Shown in pieces: positions 10,745 to 20,874 of a DNA stretch of 64,000 bases; within the stretch, counting starts at the first letter, position 1, and each line of letters starts with the position of its first letter. Under the pieces are notes generated by a model. That model searched no databases. It was given only the letters and a program-made list of their open reading frames with translations, and was not told the origin of the DNA. The position numbers were made by a program, and so were the translations under genes. Origin of the DNA: Fibrobacteria bacterium (GTDB lineage Bacteria > Fibrobacterota > Chitinivibrionia > Chitinivibrionales > FEN-1185); the NCBI GenBank assembly GCA_037447435.1, contig JBBIGR010000006.1, positions 64,001 to 128,000 of the forward strand. Reading direction: 5' to 3'.

Positions 10745-11739
10745 CAGTCACCCGCTTTGGGCGCATCGGTGATGACGCCGCCGTTTGCCAGATAATTATT
10801 GATATAATCCGCTATGGAGTCTTCGAGAGACCGGCACACGTGAGCGCAGCCTGCGGCATGCAGCTTTGTCAAGTCGGCCTGGGTAAAATACTGGTATTTA
10901 TCCCGTATCGATTCGGGCATCGGTTTATATTCGATATTTTTTGTTTTTCCTAGCGCCGTAAACATGGCGGAAGCGACATCGTTCCACGACCTTGCCGCCC
11001 CTGTTCCGATATTGTAAATTCCCGATACGCTACGGTTATGGAGGAAAAAAAGCATCATATCGACCGCGTCTTTCACGTAAATGAAATCGCGTTTCTGGTC
11101 GCCGTGCCCGTATCCTTCCCGATGCGACTGGAACAAGACCATTTTCGATTCGTTCTTTACGCCCCGATAGGCTTTATTGATGACGCTTCGCATATCGGCT
11201 TTGTGGTTTTCGTTGGGCCCGAACACATTGAAAAACTTTAATCCGACGATATGGGACAGCCATTTATTCTTCCTGGCCGCGCAATCGAACAGATGTTTGG
11301 AATATCCATACATGTTAAGCGGTCGGAGCGTTTCGAGTTTCGATTCGTCGTCGCAATATCCCTGCGCGCCGTCGCCGTAGGTCGCGGCACTCGACGCGTA
11401 AATGAACCGTGTTGACTGATGATACGCCCACCATTGTCCGATGCGCAAGGTATACCGGTAATTGTTTTCCATCAGATAGTCGGCATCGGACTCGGTTGTC
11501 GAGGAGCAGGCGCCCAAATGGAATATCGCTTCGATGTCTTGGCCGAAATCGCCGCTTTCGAGTTTGGAAATGAAGACGTCCCGGTCGAGATAATCGGCAA
11601 ACTGCAACGCCACCAGGTTTTTCCATTTTTCCGATTCGCCAAGATGGTCGACGACCAGGATATCCTTTATTCCCGCTTGATTGAGCCGCCATACCAGGAC
11701 ACTGCCGATAAATCCCGCACCACCGGTTACAACAATCAC
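10741..11739 (-). CDS. hldD: ADP-L-glycero-D-manno-heptose 6-epimerase
   Basis: IVVTGGAGFIGS, HLGACSSTTE, YASSAATYG, PLNMYGYSK, YQYFTQAD. Confidence 0.95.
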   Translation of the reverse strand: MIVVTGGAGFIGSVLVWRLNQAGIKDILVVDHLGESEKWKNLVALQFADYLDRDVFISKLESGDFGQDIEAIFHLGACSSTTESDADYLMENNYRYTLRIGQWWAYHQSTRFIYASSAATYGDGAQGYCDDESKLETLRPLNMYGYSKHLFDCAARKNKWLSHIVGLKFFNVFGPNENHKADMRSVINKAYRGVKNESKMVLFQSHREGYGHGDQKRDFIYVKDAVDMMLFFLHNRSVSGIYNIGTGAARSWNDVASAMFTALGKTKNIEYKPMPESIRDKYQYFTQADLTKLHAAGCAHVCRSLEDSIADYINNYLANGGVITDAPKAGDW

Positions 11740-11915
11740 AAAACGCTCCTTGGAAAGTAAAAAAAGCCCTGCAGGCTTGACACAGGGCGTCCCCTATTGG
11801 AGAAAATATATATTATACCAGTATTTTTCATGGATGTTCGCAAGTATTTTTACCGGGGATTTTGCCCCATCCGTGAAACACCAATCACGGTCATGCCAAT
11901 GCCCTGAAAGGCCGT

Positions 11916-12641
11916 ATGAAAAAATGTGATAAATGCGGATTTGAATCGGCGGACATTTCCGCTGCATTCTGTTCGGTATGCGGCAGTGCGTATTCCTTCG
12001 GTTCGCCGGGTAAGCCGTCCCATGAAACTATCGCATGGGAAAACCTGGGAAATCTCGGTATCGCACGCGCGCTGTTTACAACCTGCAAAGAATGCCTGGT
12101 TTCTCCTTTTGCCTTTTTTGAAAAATTCGGTCCGAAACCGAATGCGAAAATGTCTTTTTTATATGCGCTTATTTTGGGGTCCATCGGTTCGTTACTGGGA
12201 TTTATCTGGACGGCGCTCATAATGGCGTGGTTGCCGCTGGACATTCCATGGCTTAATTCTTTTTCGTCAAAAGCCTATTCCGCAACGGGACTGATTTTCA
12301 TCCCTTTTTTTTCGGCGTTTAAAACCGTTATCAGCGCGGTCTATTTTCAGACCCTTTTGGTATTGACCGGTTCAAGAAAAAGGAACCTCGCTTCGACTTT
12401 TTCCATTGTTTGTTATACGGAAAGCGCGGCAGTGCTCAACGTAATCCCCGGGCTCGGCGGCTTGCTCTCATTGGTTTGGTCTTTTGTCATGCTCGCGGCA
12501 GGACTCAACCGGGTGCATAAAATTTCCACGTTAAAAGCGGCGCTTATCATTCTTTTACCCTTGCTCATGATTTGCATCATTGGTATAATTGCAGTGGCCC
12601 TTATTGTCGGGGCCGGAATGATTTTTGGCGGCATGCTGTAA
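11916..12641 (+). CDS. Zinc-ribbon plus Yip1-like membrane protein
   Basis: CDKCG..FCSVCG, then IAWE..P..FF and about 5 TM helices. Confidence 0.7.
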   Translation: MKKCDKCGFESADISAAFCSVCGSAYSFGSPGKPSHETIAWENLGNLGIARALFTTCKECLVSPFAFFEKFGPKPNAKMSFLYALILGSIGSLLGFIWTALIMAWLPLDIPWLNSFSSKAYSATGLIFIPFFSAFKTVISAVYFQTLLVLTGSRKRNLASTFSIVCYTESAAVLNVIPGLGGLLSLVWSFVMLAAGLNRVHKISTLKAALIILLPLLMICIIGIIAVALIVGAGMIFGGML

Positions 12642-12679
12642 TTGCGGTATTAAAAAAAACGTAATCGCCGTAATTTCGG

Positions 12680-12707
12680 TTAAGATTTGCTTTCGATAGA
12701 CCGATAC
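12680..12707 (+). promoter_or_regulatory. Putative sigma28 (FliA) promoter of fliN
   Basis: TTAAG-N15-ACCGATAC, 55 bp upstream of the fliN ATG. Confidence 0.55.
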
Positions 12708-12762
12708 TAAAAACAGGACCGTATGGATTCCTGTTTGGCGCATCGGATATAAGGAAATTGCC

Positions 12763-13023
12763 ATGGCTAATTCAATAAATATGCTTCTGGACGTCAATGT
12801 CCCGATTTCCGTACAACTCGGACAAACCCGCATGTCGATTCGCGAACTTTTAAACCTGAAAAAAGGCAGCCTTGTCCAGCTCGACCGCATGGCCGGTGAA
12901 CCGGTGGACACTTTTCTCTCCGGCAAAATGATTGCCAAAGGCGAAATTACCGTTGTCGACGACAGATTGTCGGTGCGTATCGGGCAATTATACGGGGAAA
13001 AAGAGAAGTTCAAACATTTGTAA
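12763..13023 (+). CDS. fliN: Flagellar motor switch protein FliN (SpoA domain)
   Basis: LLDVNVPISVQLGQTRMSIRELLNLKKGSLVQLDRMAGEPVD..IAKGEITVV. Confidence 0.88.
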   Translation: MANSINMLLDVNVPISVQLGQTRMSIRELLNLKKGSLVQLDRMAGEPVDTFLSGKMIAKGEITVVDDRLSVRIGQLYGEKEKFKHL

Positions 13024-13055
13024 TGACAGCGCCTCCCGCACGATCCGCTCGACGA

Positions 13056-14084
13056 TCAAAACGCAACCTTGAGCGACAGCCGCAGCGGCGAATAATCGAC
13101 ATCATCGAAACGAAACGCATAATCCAGGGAATAATTCTTATACGTAACTCCGGCACCGCAGGTAAACACGTTTTGCGACACACCCAAACGTAATGCAACC
13201 ATATTGAAAACCTGTGCTTCGATTCCGCAATGGTAGGTGGTTTCATACGACCGTTCCAATGCCGCAGTCACAAGCCAATTAGCGCCCAGCAAATGGGTTT
13301 TATCAATATAGGCGATACCGTAATACTGGCTTAAATCGACTGTTTCCTGGTAATTATCGGGAGAATGCAGCCACACCTCTTTGGTCCCTAATAAATCTTT
13401 TACCGTCGCACCCACATACACTTCCCGGTCTACCATTTTTTGCTGTAAATCATAGTCGAGACTGACCCGGAGCAAAAGCCCGGCATCGCAGTTTATGTTC
13501 ATGCCCATGCGGACTTTACCGGACGGATTAAGGGTTTGCCAGAATTCCTTGAAGTTAATGCCGGCGGAAAGGTCCATCGGCATAGGATAATTGTAGGTTT
13601 CGGGACGCCCGATAGGCACTGAAAACAGCTTTGCAAGCGATACCGTGACCATGTTTTGATCGTTGTAAAAATACCCGTTGTTGCTTGCATCGGCGCGCAT
13701 GCTCGGGTCGTTCAGCCGTTCGGTCTCGGTTCCCGGCAATGAGTCCCAGAGCGAAATCGCTCCGCTTTGAAACCGCACGTACATCGCCGCGACGCTCATT
13801 TGCTCCTGTAAAGGCACATGCGCCGCAACGCAGCCGTGCGTCGACAAGCCGCCGTATAGCCGGGCATATTCCGCGGAAACCTCGTATTTATCAATAAATG
13901 CGTGCGCCGCGGGATTCCAGAAAATACTGACCGCGTCGAGCGGGATGGCCACGCCCGCGTCGCCCAATGCCGCAACACGGCACGATGAGGGAACCTGATC
14001 GAGCTCCAGCGCATACCGCACAACATCGGTTTGGCAATATACCGCGTACCATAGGCAAACGATAACCGGCGCAATCAATCGCAT
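13056..14084 (-). CDS. PorV/PorQ-like outer-membrane beta-barrel protein
   Basis: Signal peptide; RVAALGDAGVA..DAVSIFWNPA; C-terminal amphipathic strands (LDYAF..LRLSLKVAF) ending in Phe. Confidence 0.65.
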   Translation of the reverse strand: MRLIAPVIVCLWYAVYCQTDVVRYALELDQVPSSCRVAALGDAGVAIPLDAVSIFWNPAAHAFIDKYEVSAEYARLYGGLSTHGCVAAHVPLQEQMSVAAMYVRFQSGAISLWDSLPGTETERLNDPSMRADASNNGYFYNDQNMVTVSLAKLFSVPIGRPETYNYPMPMDLSAGINFKEFWQTLNPSGKVRMGMNINCDAGLLLRVSLDYDLQQKMVDREVYVGATVKDLLGTKEVWLHSPDNYQETVDLSQYYGIAYIDKTHLLGANWLVTAALERSYETTYHCGIEAQVFNMVALRLGVSQNVFTCGAGVTYKNYSLDYAFRFDDVDYSPLRLSLKVAF

Positions 14085-14226
14085 GCCGGGAACCTTGCCG
14101 CGTTTTTTTGGGGACAACATGAAACGCATGATGTTGTTTGTGTGCATAAATGGTTTGAGTTTATCATAAAATGCAAGCCGAACAAAGTCAACTCAAAACG
14201 CGAATTTTAACGGGAATGAAAAGGAA

Positions 14227-15159
14227 TTAATCGACCATGGTGTCGGTAGGAAGGACATAATCGGCAGGATTGACAACGGTTCCGAGTTTATGCACTTCAT
14301 AATGGAGATGCGGTCCGGTACTTCTTCCGGTACTACCGATGTACCCGATCAGGTCCCCGCGTTTAACGGCCTGACCTTCGGAAACCGCAGCGCGCAACAG
14401 ATGGGCGAAAACGGTCTTGAATCCGCTTGCAGGATGGGAAATCATGACTACATTGCCGAAATAATCCTTGTAGCCGACAAAAGCGGTAACGCCATCTGCG
14501 GTTGCATGCACGGGTGTCCCGATGGTATTTGAAATATCGAGACCTTCATGAAACACATTCAAACCCGTAAAAGGATGGATGCGATAGCCGAAAACCGACG
14601 TCAACCTCCCCCATACCGGCATGACTGCGGGACGTTGTTTCCACACATCGATTTGCTTGTCGACATTTGAGGTCATGGAACTAAAGGTCGTATCTTCGAG
14701 CTTTACCTGTCGTAAAAGCGTTTGGATATTTTCTTTTATCGTATCGGTTTTCATGAGAACAGGATCTGCAAAGGAGGAAAAAGAGGCTTCGGTAAAGTCG
14801 GGCCGGCCGCCGACACCGACATTGCGGATATCGGTACTGATGGGGTCCATTCCAAAAGTAAGACGGGTTTTATCTTCGAACGACATACATTTATCGATTC
14901 GACTCGCTTCTTCTTTTGTAATTTTAGAGAGAAATTGCACTTTGAATCGAAGTTGCTGGTTTTCTTTAAGTTGATAATACATACTCAGTTTTGCAAAACC
15001 ATACGAGGAAATAAAATACAGACATCTGCCGACCCCAAGGGTTCCGAGAAAAACGAAAATTAAAACGGTTATGATAATGCTGCGGCTGCAAGGCACTTTT
15101 ACGATGCGCCCCGTGCCTTCCTTGGTAACCAGCAAAATCGACCAATTTAATTTCTTCAT
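14227..15159 (-). CDS. M23 family peptidoglycan endopeptidase
   Basis: N-terminal TM and coiled coil; HEGLD and STGPHLHYEV zinc motifs. Confidence 0.92.
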   Translation of the reverse strand: MKKLNWSILLVTKEGTGRIVKVPCSRSIIITVLIFVFLGTLGVGRCLYFISSYGFAKLSMYYQLKENQQLRFKVQFLSKITKEEASRIDKCMSFEDKTRLTFGMDPISTDIRNVGVGGRPDFTEASFSSFADPVLMKTDTIKENIQTLLRQVKLEDTTFSSMTSNVDKQIDVWKQRPAVMPVWGRLTSVFGYRIHPFTGLNVFHEGLDISNTIGTPVHATADGVTAFVGYKDYFGNVVMISHPASGFKTVFAHLLRAAVSEGQAVKRGDLIGYIGSTGRSTGPHLHYEVHKLGTVVNPADYVLPTDTMVD

Positions 15160-15309
15160 TTTCTCCTACCGAAAACAAGGGACATGAAACAATTATCGAC
15201 CGGCATTATCACCAATATATTCTATTGGAAATACCTATTCAATATAATTATAGTAATAGACCTTTAACCAAGTCAATGAATATCTTGTGAAAAAAAGCCC
15301 AAAACAAAT

Positions 15310-17037
15310 TTATGCCGTTACCAACTTAATTATGGTTTCTATGCATGTTGCAACGGGAATTTTTTCAAACGCCTTTTCAGAACGTCGTTTAAACTCAATT
15401 ACGCCCTCTTTAAGCCCGCGAGCGCCGACGGTGACTCTAAAAGGACATCCGATCAAATCCGCGTCGATAAACTTGACGCCGGGCCGTTCGGACCGATCGT
15501 CGAGCAATACATCGATGCCGATTGCTTCCACCGCATCATGGATTTTTTGCGACAATGCCATGGATTCCGGATTGGCCGGATCCAAACATAACACGGTTAA
15601 CACGTAGGGAGCGATCGGCGCCGGCCACGCGATACCGTTTACGTCGTTGTTTTGTTCAACTGCAGCGGCTGCGGTTCGGCCTATGCCGATGCCGTAGCAG
15701 CCCATAGTCATGAGGCATTCGTCGCCTTTGTCGGACAAAAATCCGAGTTTCATGGGCTTGGAATATTTTTGTCCCAACTTGAATACCTGGCCGACTTCAA
15801 TACCTTTTTTCATTTGCAGGACGCCGTTGTCGCATCGCGGGCAATGGTCGCCTTCTTTTACAAAACCAAGGTCTTCGTATCGTGCGAATTTACAATCGCG
15901 CGAAGGCCATACATTGTCGAGATGAAAACCGTCTTTATTCGCGCCGCAAACGCCTTTGTTTATAGACAAAACAGAATCGTCGGCAATGACTTCTTTTAAT
16001 CCCGGACAATCGAGCCCGTAGGGACCCATATATCCGACGGCAAGGCCCAGTTTTTTACGCACGATTTCATCGGAAGGAATGGTCACCGTTGTCGCCTGTA
16101 AAAGGTTTTTCAATTTGATTTCATTGACCAGTAAATCGCCCCGGATGCACACGCCGACATAATACGAGCCGTTATCGATATCGTACACGATCATTTTTAT
16201 GGTCGATTGCGGAGAAATCTTGAGGTATGCCGAGACATCCTCGATACTCGATTTGCCCGGTGTCGCAATTTCAGTCGGTTGCAAAGCGTCGGCCGGAACC
16301 GCGCCAGGGTGCCCGTCCTTTTTGGCGACCGCCTTTTCTATATTCGCGGTGTAATCGCATTTGTCGCAAAACGCAATAGTGTCTTCACCCGATTGCGCCA
16401 GCACATGGAATTCGTGCGTCACGCTGCCGCCGATATTGCCCGAATCGGCCTCGACCGGCCTGAAGGTAAGGCCGCAACGGGAAAAGATCCTATTGTAGGC
16501 CTCATACATTATCCAGTACATTTCGTCGAGGGATTTTTCGTCGGCATGAAACGAATACGCGTCTTTCATGATGAATTCGCGTCCGCGCATAAGACCGTAG
16601 CGGGGCCTGACTTCGTCGCGGAACTTCGTCTGAATTTGATACAGACAAACGGGCAAATCGCGATAGGAACGTATCGACTTGCGCACGACGTCGACGATGA
16701 CTTCCTCATGCGTCGGGCCGAGGCAAAACTGGTTGTTTTTCCTGTCGGTCAACCGAAGCAGCTCGGGACCGTAATAGTCCCATCTGCCGGATTCTTTCCA
16801 AAGGTCGGCAGTGACAACCATGGGCAGCAATAGTTCGGTCGCATTGCATCGCGCCATTTCCTGTCGGACAATGGTTTCTATTTTTTTGATGACCCGTAGC
16901 CCGAGCGGCAGATAATTGTAAATGCCTGAGCCGAGTTTTTGAATCATACCAGCACGCAACATGAGTTTGTGACTGATGGTTTCGGCTTCCGCCGGATCTT
17001 CGCGAAGCGTGTGGATAAAGGCGTTTTTCCAAAACAT
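15310..17037 (-). CDS. proS: Proline--tRNA ligase (with editing insert)
   Basis: TLREDPAEAE..SHKLMLRAG, PTHEE, FRDEVRPRYGLMRGREF, MGCYGIG; ATG at 17037 with an AAGGA RBS. Confidence 0.97.
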   Translation of the reverse strand: MFWKNAFIHTLREDPAEAETISHKLMLRAGMIQKLGSGIYNYLPLGLRVIKKIETIVRQEMARCNATELLLPMVVTADLWKESGRWDYYGPELLRLTDRKNNQFCLGPTHEEVIVDVVRKSIRSYRDLPVCLYQIQTKFRDEVRPRYGLMRGREFIMKDAYSFHADEKSLDEMYWIMYEAYNRIFSRCGLTFRPVEADSGNIGGSVTHEFHVLAQSGEDTIAFCDKCDYTANIEKAVAKKDGHPGAVPADALQPTEIATPGKSSIEDVSAYLKISPQSTIKMIVYDIDNGSYYVGVCIRGDLLVNEIKLKNLLQATTVTIPSDEIVRKKLGLAVGYMGPYGLDCPGLKEVIADDSVLSINKGVCGANKDGFHLDNVWPSRDCKFARYEDLGFVKEGDHCPRCDNGVLQMKKGIEVGQVFKLGQKYSKPMKLGFLSDKGDECLMTMGCYGIGIGRTAAAAVEQNNDVNGIAWPAPIAPYVLTVLCLDPANPESMALSQKIHDAVEAIGIDVLLDDRSERPGVKFIDADLIGCPFRVTVGARGLKEGVIEFKRRSEKAFEKIPVATCIETIIKLVTA

Positions 17038-17072
17038 GACACTTTCCTTTTTTTTATCGAGGTCCGTTCCCG

Positions 17073-18182
17073 TTACTTTACTATTGATATCAACCGGTTT
17101 TGTTCTATTTTCCCATTGGCGAATTTTATGCAATATGCTCCCAACGCAACCGGCCTGCCCAAGAAATCTTTTCCATCCCAGATTCGGCGATAATTCCCCG
17201 CCGTTTGAATCCCGTCGTACAACGTTTGCACAAGGCGTCCGTTTAGGGTCGTGACCGAAACGCAAACACGGTTATCACCTTGTAAACCATAGGAAACCGA
17301 TACCGTGCGGCCGAGCGCGGCCACGGTCATATTATTTTGGCGATCGTTGTCCCCGGCCCGATTGCCCTCGGATGAAACCGACGTCGGCACTTGGGTGGAA
17401 AAATTGATAAAGCCGAATTTCGAGGGCGTGTGAAACGAGCCGTTCATGGTCGGCGAAAAGGCGCTTAAATCCTGCGTCGCCACATTGGTCCGTTGATCGA
17501 TGCGATAAAAATTGATTCGCATCTGGTCGTTGTTTTTCGGCGGAAGCGCTACTTTTTTCGACATATTCGTGTCGAGGGCTTTCCACGGGATCTTGATTTC
17601 CACGGTCATCCCGGTATCGGTATCCTTTGAATTGTTCGCCGTACCGCGGAGTTTGACCGCATTGGTCATGCCCTGCGCATTCCAGCCGGAATTGTCGGTG
17701 GTGACGCTGCCGTTTGAATTTTTTATCAGCCCGTCCCACACGGTATTGAGGCAATTCCATTCCAATTCGATATAGGTCCCCTGGTCCGAGTCGGCATCAA
17801 AAAAGAGTTCGACCGCTTCTTCGTTATACAGTTCGGCATCCCGTTGTGTAAACGTTCCTTTGATATCGTTATCCTGCGTGATGAATGCCGCATAAAAATT
17901 GGTCGAGTCCCAGGTTGCCTTGACTTTTGTCGCTTGCAGCGGCGTGCCTCCGGTAACGTTTTCCTTCATTGAAACCGAATCGATTTGCGACCAGATTTTC
18001 TCGTTCAGAACGCCGTCGATAGTTATCGCGTCTTTGGTCATTTTACAGGTATAGGTCGGCAACGACGTTGTCGTTTTCGCAAGGGCGTTTCCTGCGGAAA
18101 CCGTCTGTGAAAACACGAAGCTCGCCGAACAAAGCAACATTACAAATAATAACACGCGTAACCCATACGTCCGGTTACTCAC
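17073..18182 (-). CDS. Secreted CBM9-like/DOMON-like protein with FlgD/T9SS-like C-terminal domain
   Basis: Signal peptide; ITIDGVLNEKIW, WDSTNFY, EAVELFFD, EIKIPW, RINFYR, FHTP; tail IWDGKDFLGRPVALGAY. Confidence 0.78.
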   Translation of the reverse strand: MSNRTYGLRVLLFVMLLCSASFVFSQTVSAGNALAKTTTSLPTYTCKMTKDAITIDGVLNEKIWSQIDSVSMKENVTGGTPLQATKVKATWDSTNFYAAFITQDNDIKGTFTQRDAELYNEEAVELFFDADSDQGTYIELEWNCLNTVWDGLIKNSNGSVTTDNSGWNAQGMTNAVKLRGTANNSKDTDTGMTVEIKIPWKALDTNMSKKVALPPKNNDQMRINFYRIDQRTNVATQDLSAFSPTMNGSFHTPSKFGFINFSTQVPTSVSSEGNRAGDNDRQNNMTVAALGRTVSVSYGLQGDNRVCVSVTTLNGRLVQTLYDGIQTAGNYRRIWDGKDFLGRPVALGAYCIKFANGKIEQNRLISIVK

Positions 18183-18203
18183 ATTTGCCCCCTATCGAAA
18201 AGG

Positions 18204-18425
18204 TCATGATGGTTGCTTTTCCGTTTTTTCCTTTATATCCGCTTTTTCCGGAATAATGAACCAACCCACCAAATAAGCGATGATGCCGGGTGCGAAACCG
18301 GTGAAAACCGTTCCGAACACCAATGCGAGCCGAACAAGCGTCGGATCGAAATTGAGCATTTCGCCTATACCTGCGCAAATACCCGCTATCATTTTATTTT
18401 CGGTGTCTCTGTAAATGCGTTTCAT
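18204..18425 (-). CDS. PspC-domain membrane protein
   Basis: RIYRDTENKMIAGICAGIGE..DPTLVRL..YLVGWFIIPE. Confidence 0.9.
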   Translation of the reverse strand: MKRIYRDTENKMIAGICAGIGEMLNFDPTLVRLALVFGTVFTGFAPGIIAYLVGWFIIPEKADIKEKTEKQPS

Positions 18426-18452
18426 AAAAACCTCCTTTGAAGGATGATGTTT

Positions 18453-20666
18453 TTACCGTTTCCATTTGAAAACAAGAACGGAAAGCGGAGGCAATGTCAA
18501 ATTGAGCGACATGGGTTGATTGTGGAGCGGCACGTCGATTGCAACCGCATTTCCCAAATTGCCGTATCCGGCGCCGCCGTATTCGGACGCATCGGAATTG
18601 AGCACTTCCTGGTAATGACCGCCGAACGGCACGCCGACACGGTAATTGTGCCGGACAACCGGCGCAAAATTACAGACAAAAACAAGGATGTTATGCCATT
18701 CGTTGCCTTTGCGGATAAACGAAATGATCGAATTTTCCGCATCGTTGAAATCGATCCACTGAAAACCGTTGTTTTCGAAATCCAATTCCCACAATGCCGA
18801 TTCGTTTTTGTACAGTTTGTTGACATCGGACATATACTTCAGGAGGCCGTTGTGATGGTAGCAATCGTCTTCCTCGGAAAGGATATGCCAGTTGATTGAT
18901 TGTTCCGCGTCCCATTCCCAATGCATGCCGAATTCGCATCCCTGGAACAAAAGTTTCTTTCCCGGATGACCGAGCATGAATCCGAAAAAAGCCCTGACAT
19001 TTGCAAATTTGCGCCATATGTCGCCGGGCATTTTCTCGAGAAGGCTTCTCTTGCCGTGAACGACTTCGTCGTGCGAAACGACGAGCACGAAATTTTCGGT
19101 GAACGCATACCATAATGCAAACGTGATCTGGTTCTGGTGGAATTTCCGGTATATGGGATCTTTTGAAAAATAGCTGAGCATATCGTGCATCCAACCCATA
19201 TTCCACTTGAGCGTAAACCCCAGACCGCCCAAATACGTCGGCCGCGACACAAGCGGCCATGCCGTGCTTTCCTCGGCAATGGTCACGGCGCCGGGAAATT
19301 TCTCATGCACGAGCCGGTTCATGGTTTGCAAGAAGGAAATCGCTTCCTCGTTCTCCACGCCGCCGTGGCGGTTCGGAATCCATTCCCCTTCTTTACGGCT
19401 GTAATTGCGGTACAGCATGGAGGCGACGGCGTCGACGCGCAACCCGTCGATATGGAATTTTTCCATCCAGAACAACGCATTGGCAAAAAGGAAATTTCTG
19501 ACTTCATGGCGGCCGAAATTGAAAATCAACGTTCCCCAGTCCTTGTGTTCGCCTTCACGGGGGTCGGAATGTTCGTACAGATGCGTGCCGTCGAAATGAG
19601 CCAGCCCCCAGGCGTCTTTGGGAAAATGGCCGGGTACCCAGTCGACGATGACGCCGATGCCCTCGTTGTGCATATAATTGACAAAATATTGAAAATCCTG
19701 GGGCGTGCCGAACCGGTGATTGGGCGCATAAAACCCGCAGACCTGATATCCCCACGAGGGAACGTACGGATGGTCTTGAATAGGCAGCAATTCGACGTGA
19801 GTGAAACCGAGTTCCTTGACATATTGTGCAAGTTCGGCGGCGATTTCACGATAGGTCAACCAATCGCCTTCACGGCTCGGTCCGCTTTTTTTCCATGATC
19901 CCAAATGCACTTCGTAAATGCTCATGGGCCGTTTGAGCGGATCGCTTGTTCGGCGGCTTTCGAGCCAATTGTCGTCGTTCCAGGAAAAGGCATCGAGGTC
20001 GCAGACGATGGTCGCGTGGTTGGGCGGCGCTTCCTGATAATACCCGTACGGATCGGTTTTCATAACCAGATGGTCGCGGTCCCATTTTTTTATTTCGTAT
20101 TTATAAATCGTACCGTTTCCGAGTCCGGGAACGAACAATTCCCATACTCCCGAAGCGCCGAGCAGGCGCATGGGATGCCTTCGTCCGTCCCAATTATTGA
20201 AATTACCGACCAGCGACACCCGTTTTGCATTGGGCGCCCAGACGGCAAAAACGCAACCGTCGACGCCGTCTATCGTTTTGGCATGCGAACCGAGATCGTC
20301 GTAGACGCGCTGATGCGTTCCTTCATTGAACAAATACCGCGAATCTTCGGTCATGACGGGTAAAAAGCCGTAGGGATCGATTATTGTTTTTTTTGTTCCG
20401 TCCAAAAGTACGCATTGGAATTCATACGCAAAAATCAATTTTCTTTGGGATAACGCCGCTTCGAAAATGCCGTCCTCATGAATTTTATTCATGAGGAAAC
20501 CGGTTTTCTTTCCATCACGCTCGCACACTTTTACCGACGCGGCTTCGGGAATGAATGCCCTCACCGTTATACCCGTCGCGCTTTTATGCATACCGAGTAC
20601 TTTAAACGGATCGCGCAAATCGCTCCTCAGAATATCATTGATTTCTTTTTCAGCAAGAATGGCCAT
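18453..20666 (-). CDS. glgB: 1,4-alpha-glucan branching enzyme (GH13)
   Basis: FAVWAPNA, IYEVHLGSW, DWVPGHF, RVDAVASM, AEESTAWP, SHDEVVHGK. Confidence 0.97.
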   Translation of the reverse strand: MAILAEKEINDILRSDLRDPFKVLGMHKSATGITVRAFIPEAASVKVCERDGKKTGFLMNKIHEDGIFEAALSQRKLIFAYEFQCVLLDGTKKTIIDPYGFLPVMTEDSRYLFNEGTHQRVYDDLGSHAKTIDGVDGCVFAVWAPNAKRVSLVGNFNNWDGRRHPMRLLGASGVWELFVPGLGNGTIYKYEIKKWDRDHLVMKTDPYGYYQEAPPNHATIVCDLDAFSWNDDNWLESRRTSDPLKRPMSIYEVHLGSWKKSGPSREGDWLTYREIAAELAQYVKELGFTHVELLPIQDHPYVPSWGYQVCGFYAPNHRFGTPQDFQYFVNYMHNEGIGVIVDWVPGHFPKDAWGLAHFDGTHLYEHSDPREGEHKDWGTLIFNFGRHEVRNFLFANALFWMEKFHIDGLRVDAVASMLYRNYSRKEGEWIPNRHGGVENEEAISFLQTMNRLVHEKFPGAVTIAEESTAWPLVSRPTYLGGLGFTLKWNMGWMHDMLSYFSKDPIYRKFHQNQITFALWYAFTENFVLVVSHDEVVHGKRSLLEKMPGDIWRKFANVRAFFGFMLGHPGKKLLFQGCEFGMHWEWDAEQSINWHILSEEDDCYHHNGLLKYMSDVNKLYKNESALWELDFENNGFQWIDFNDAENSIISFIRKGNEWHNILVFVCNFAPVVRHNYRVGVPFGGHYQEVLNSDASEYGGAGYGNLGNAVAIDVPLHNQPMSLNLTLPPLSVLVFKWKR

Positions 20667-20820
20667 AGACTCTCTCTCGATGATGGTGGCGCCGATGCGG
20701 CGATAATCGTCGTATTCCGGTTACTTAAAAAAAGGACTCGAATCAATAAATGGACATAATTTCTTAAAATAACACAAGCCAGGGGGACATTTGGATATTA
20801 TGAATAGAACAGTGAACATG

Positions 20821-20874
20821 AGGGTATGTCGCCCCCTGAATCAGCATGTACGGCTATTCAGGGGGACCATACCC
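20821..20874 (-). terminator. Long imperfect hairpin right after the DUF4861 gene
   Basis: AGGGTATG..CCCCCTGAAT..ATTCAGGGGG..CATACCCT inverted repeat. Confidence 0.5.

Noticed and set aside
17038..17265. N-terminal extension of proS in the ORF track (similar extensions at 3184-3375, 21997-22128, 60425-60553)
   Set aside because: These mostly overlap upstream genes, and internal ATGs fit the family N-termini and RBS positions better.
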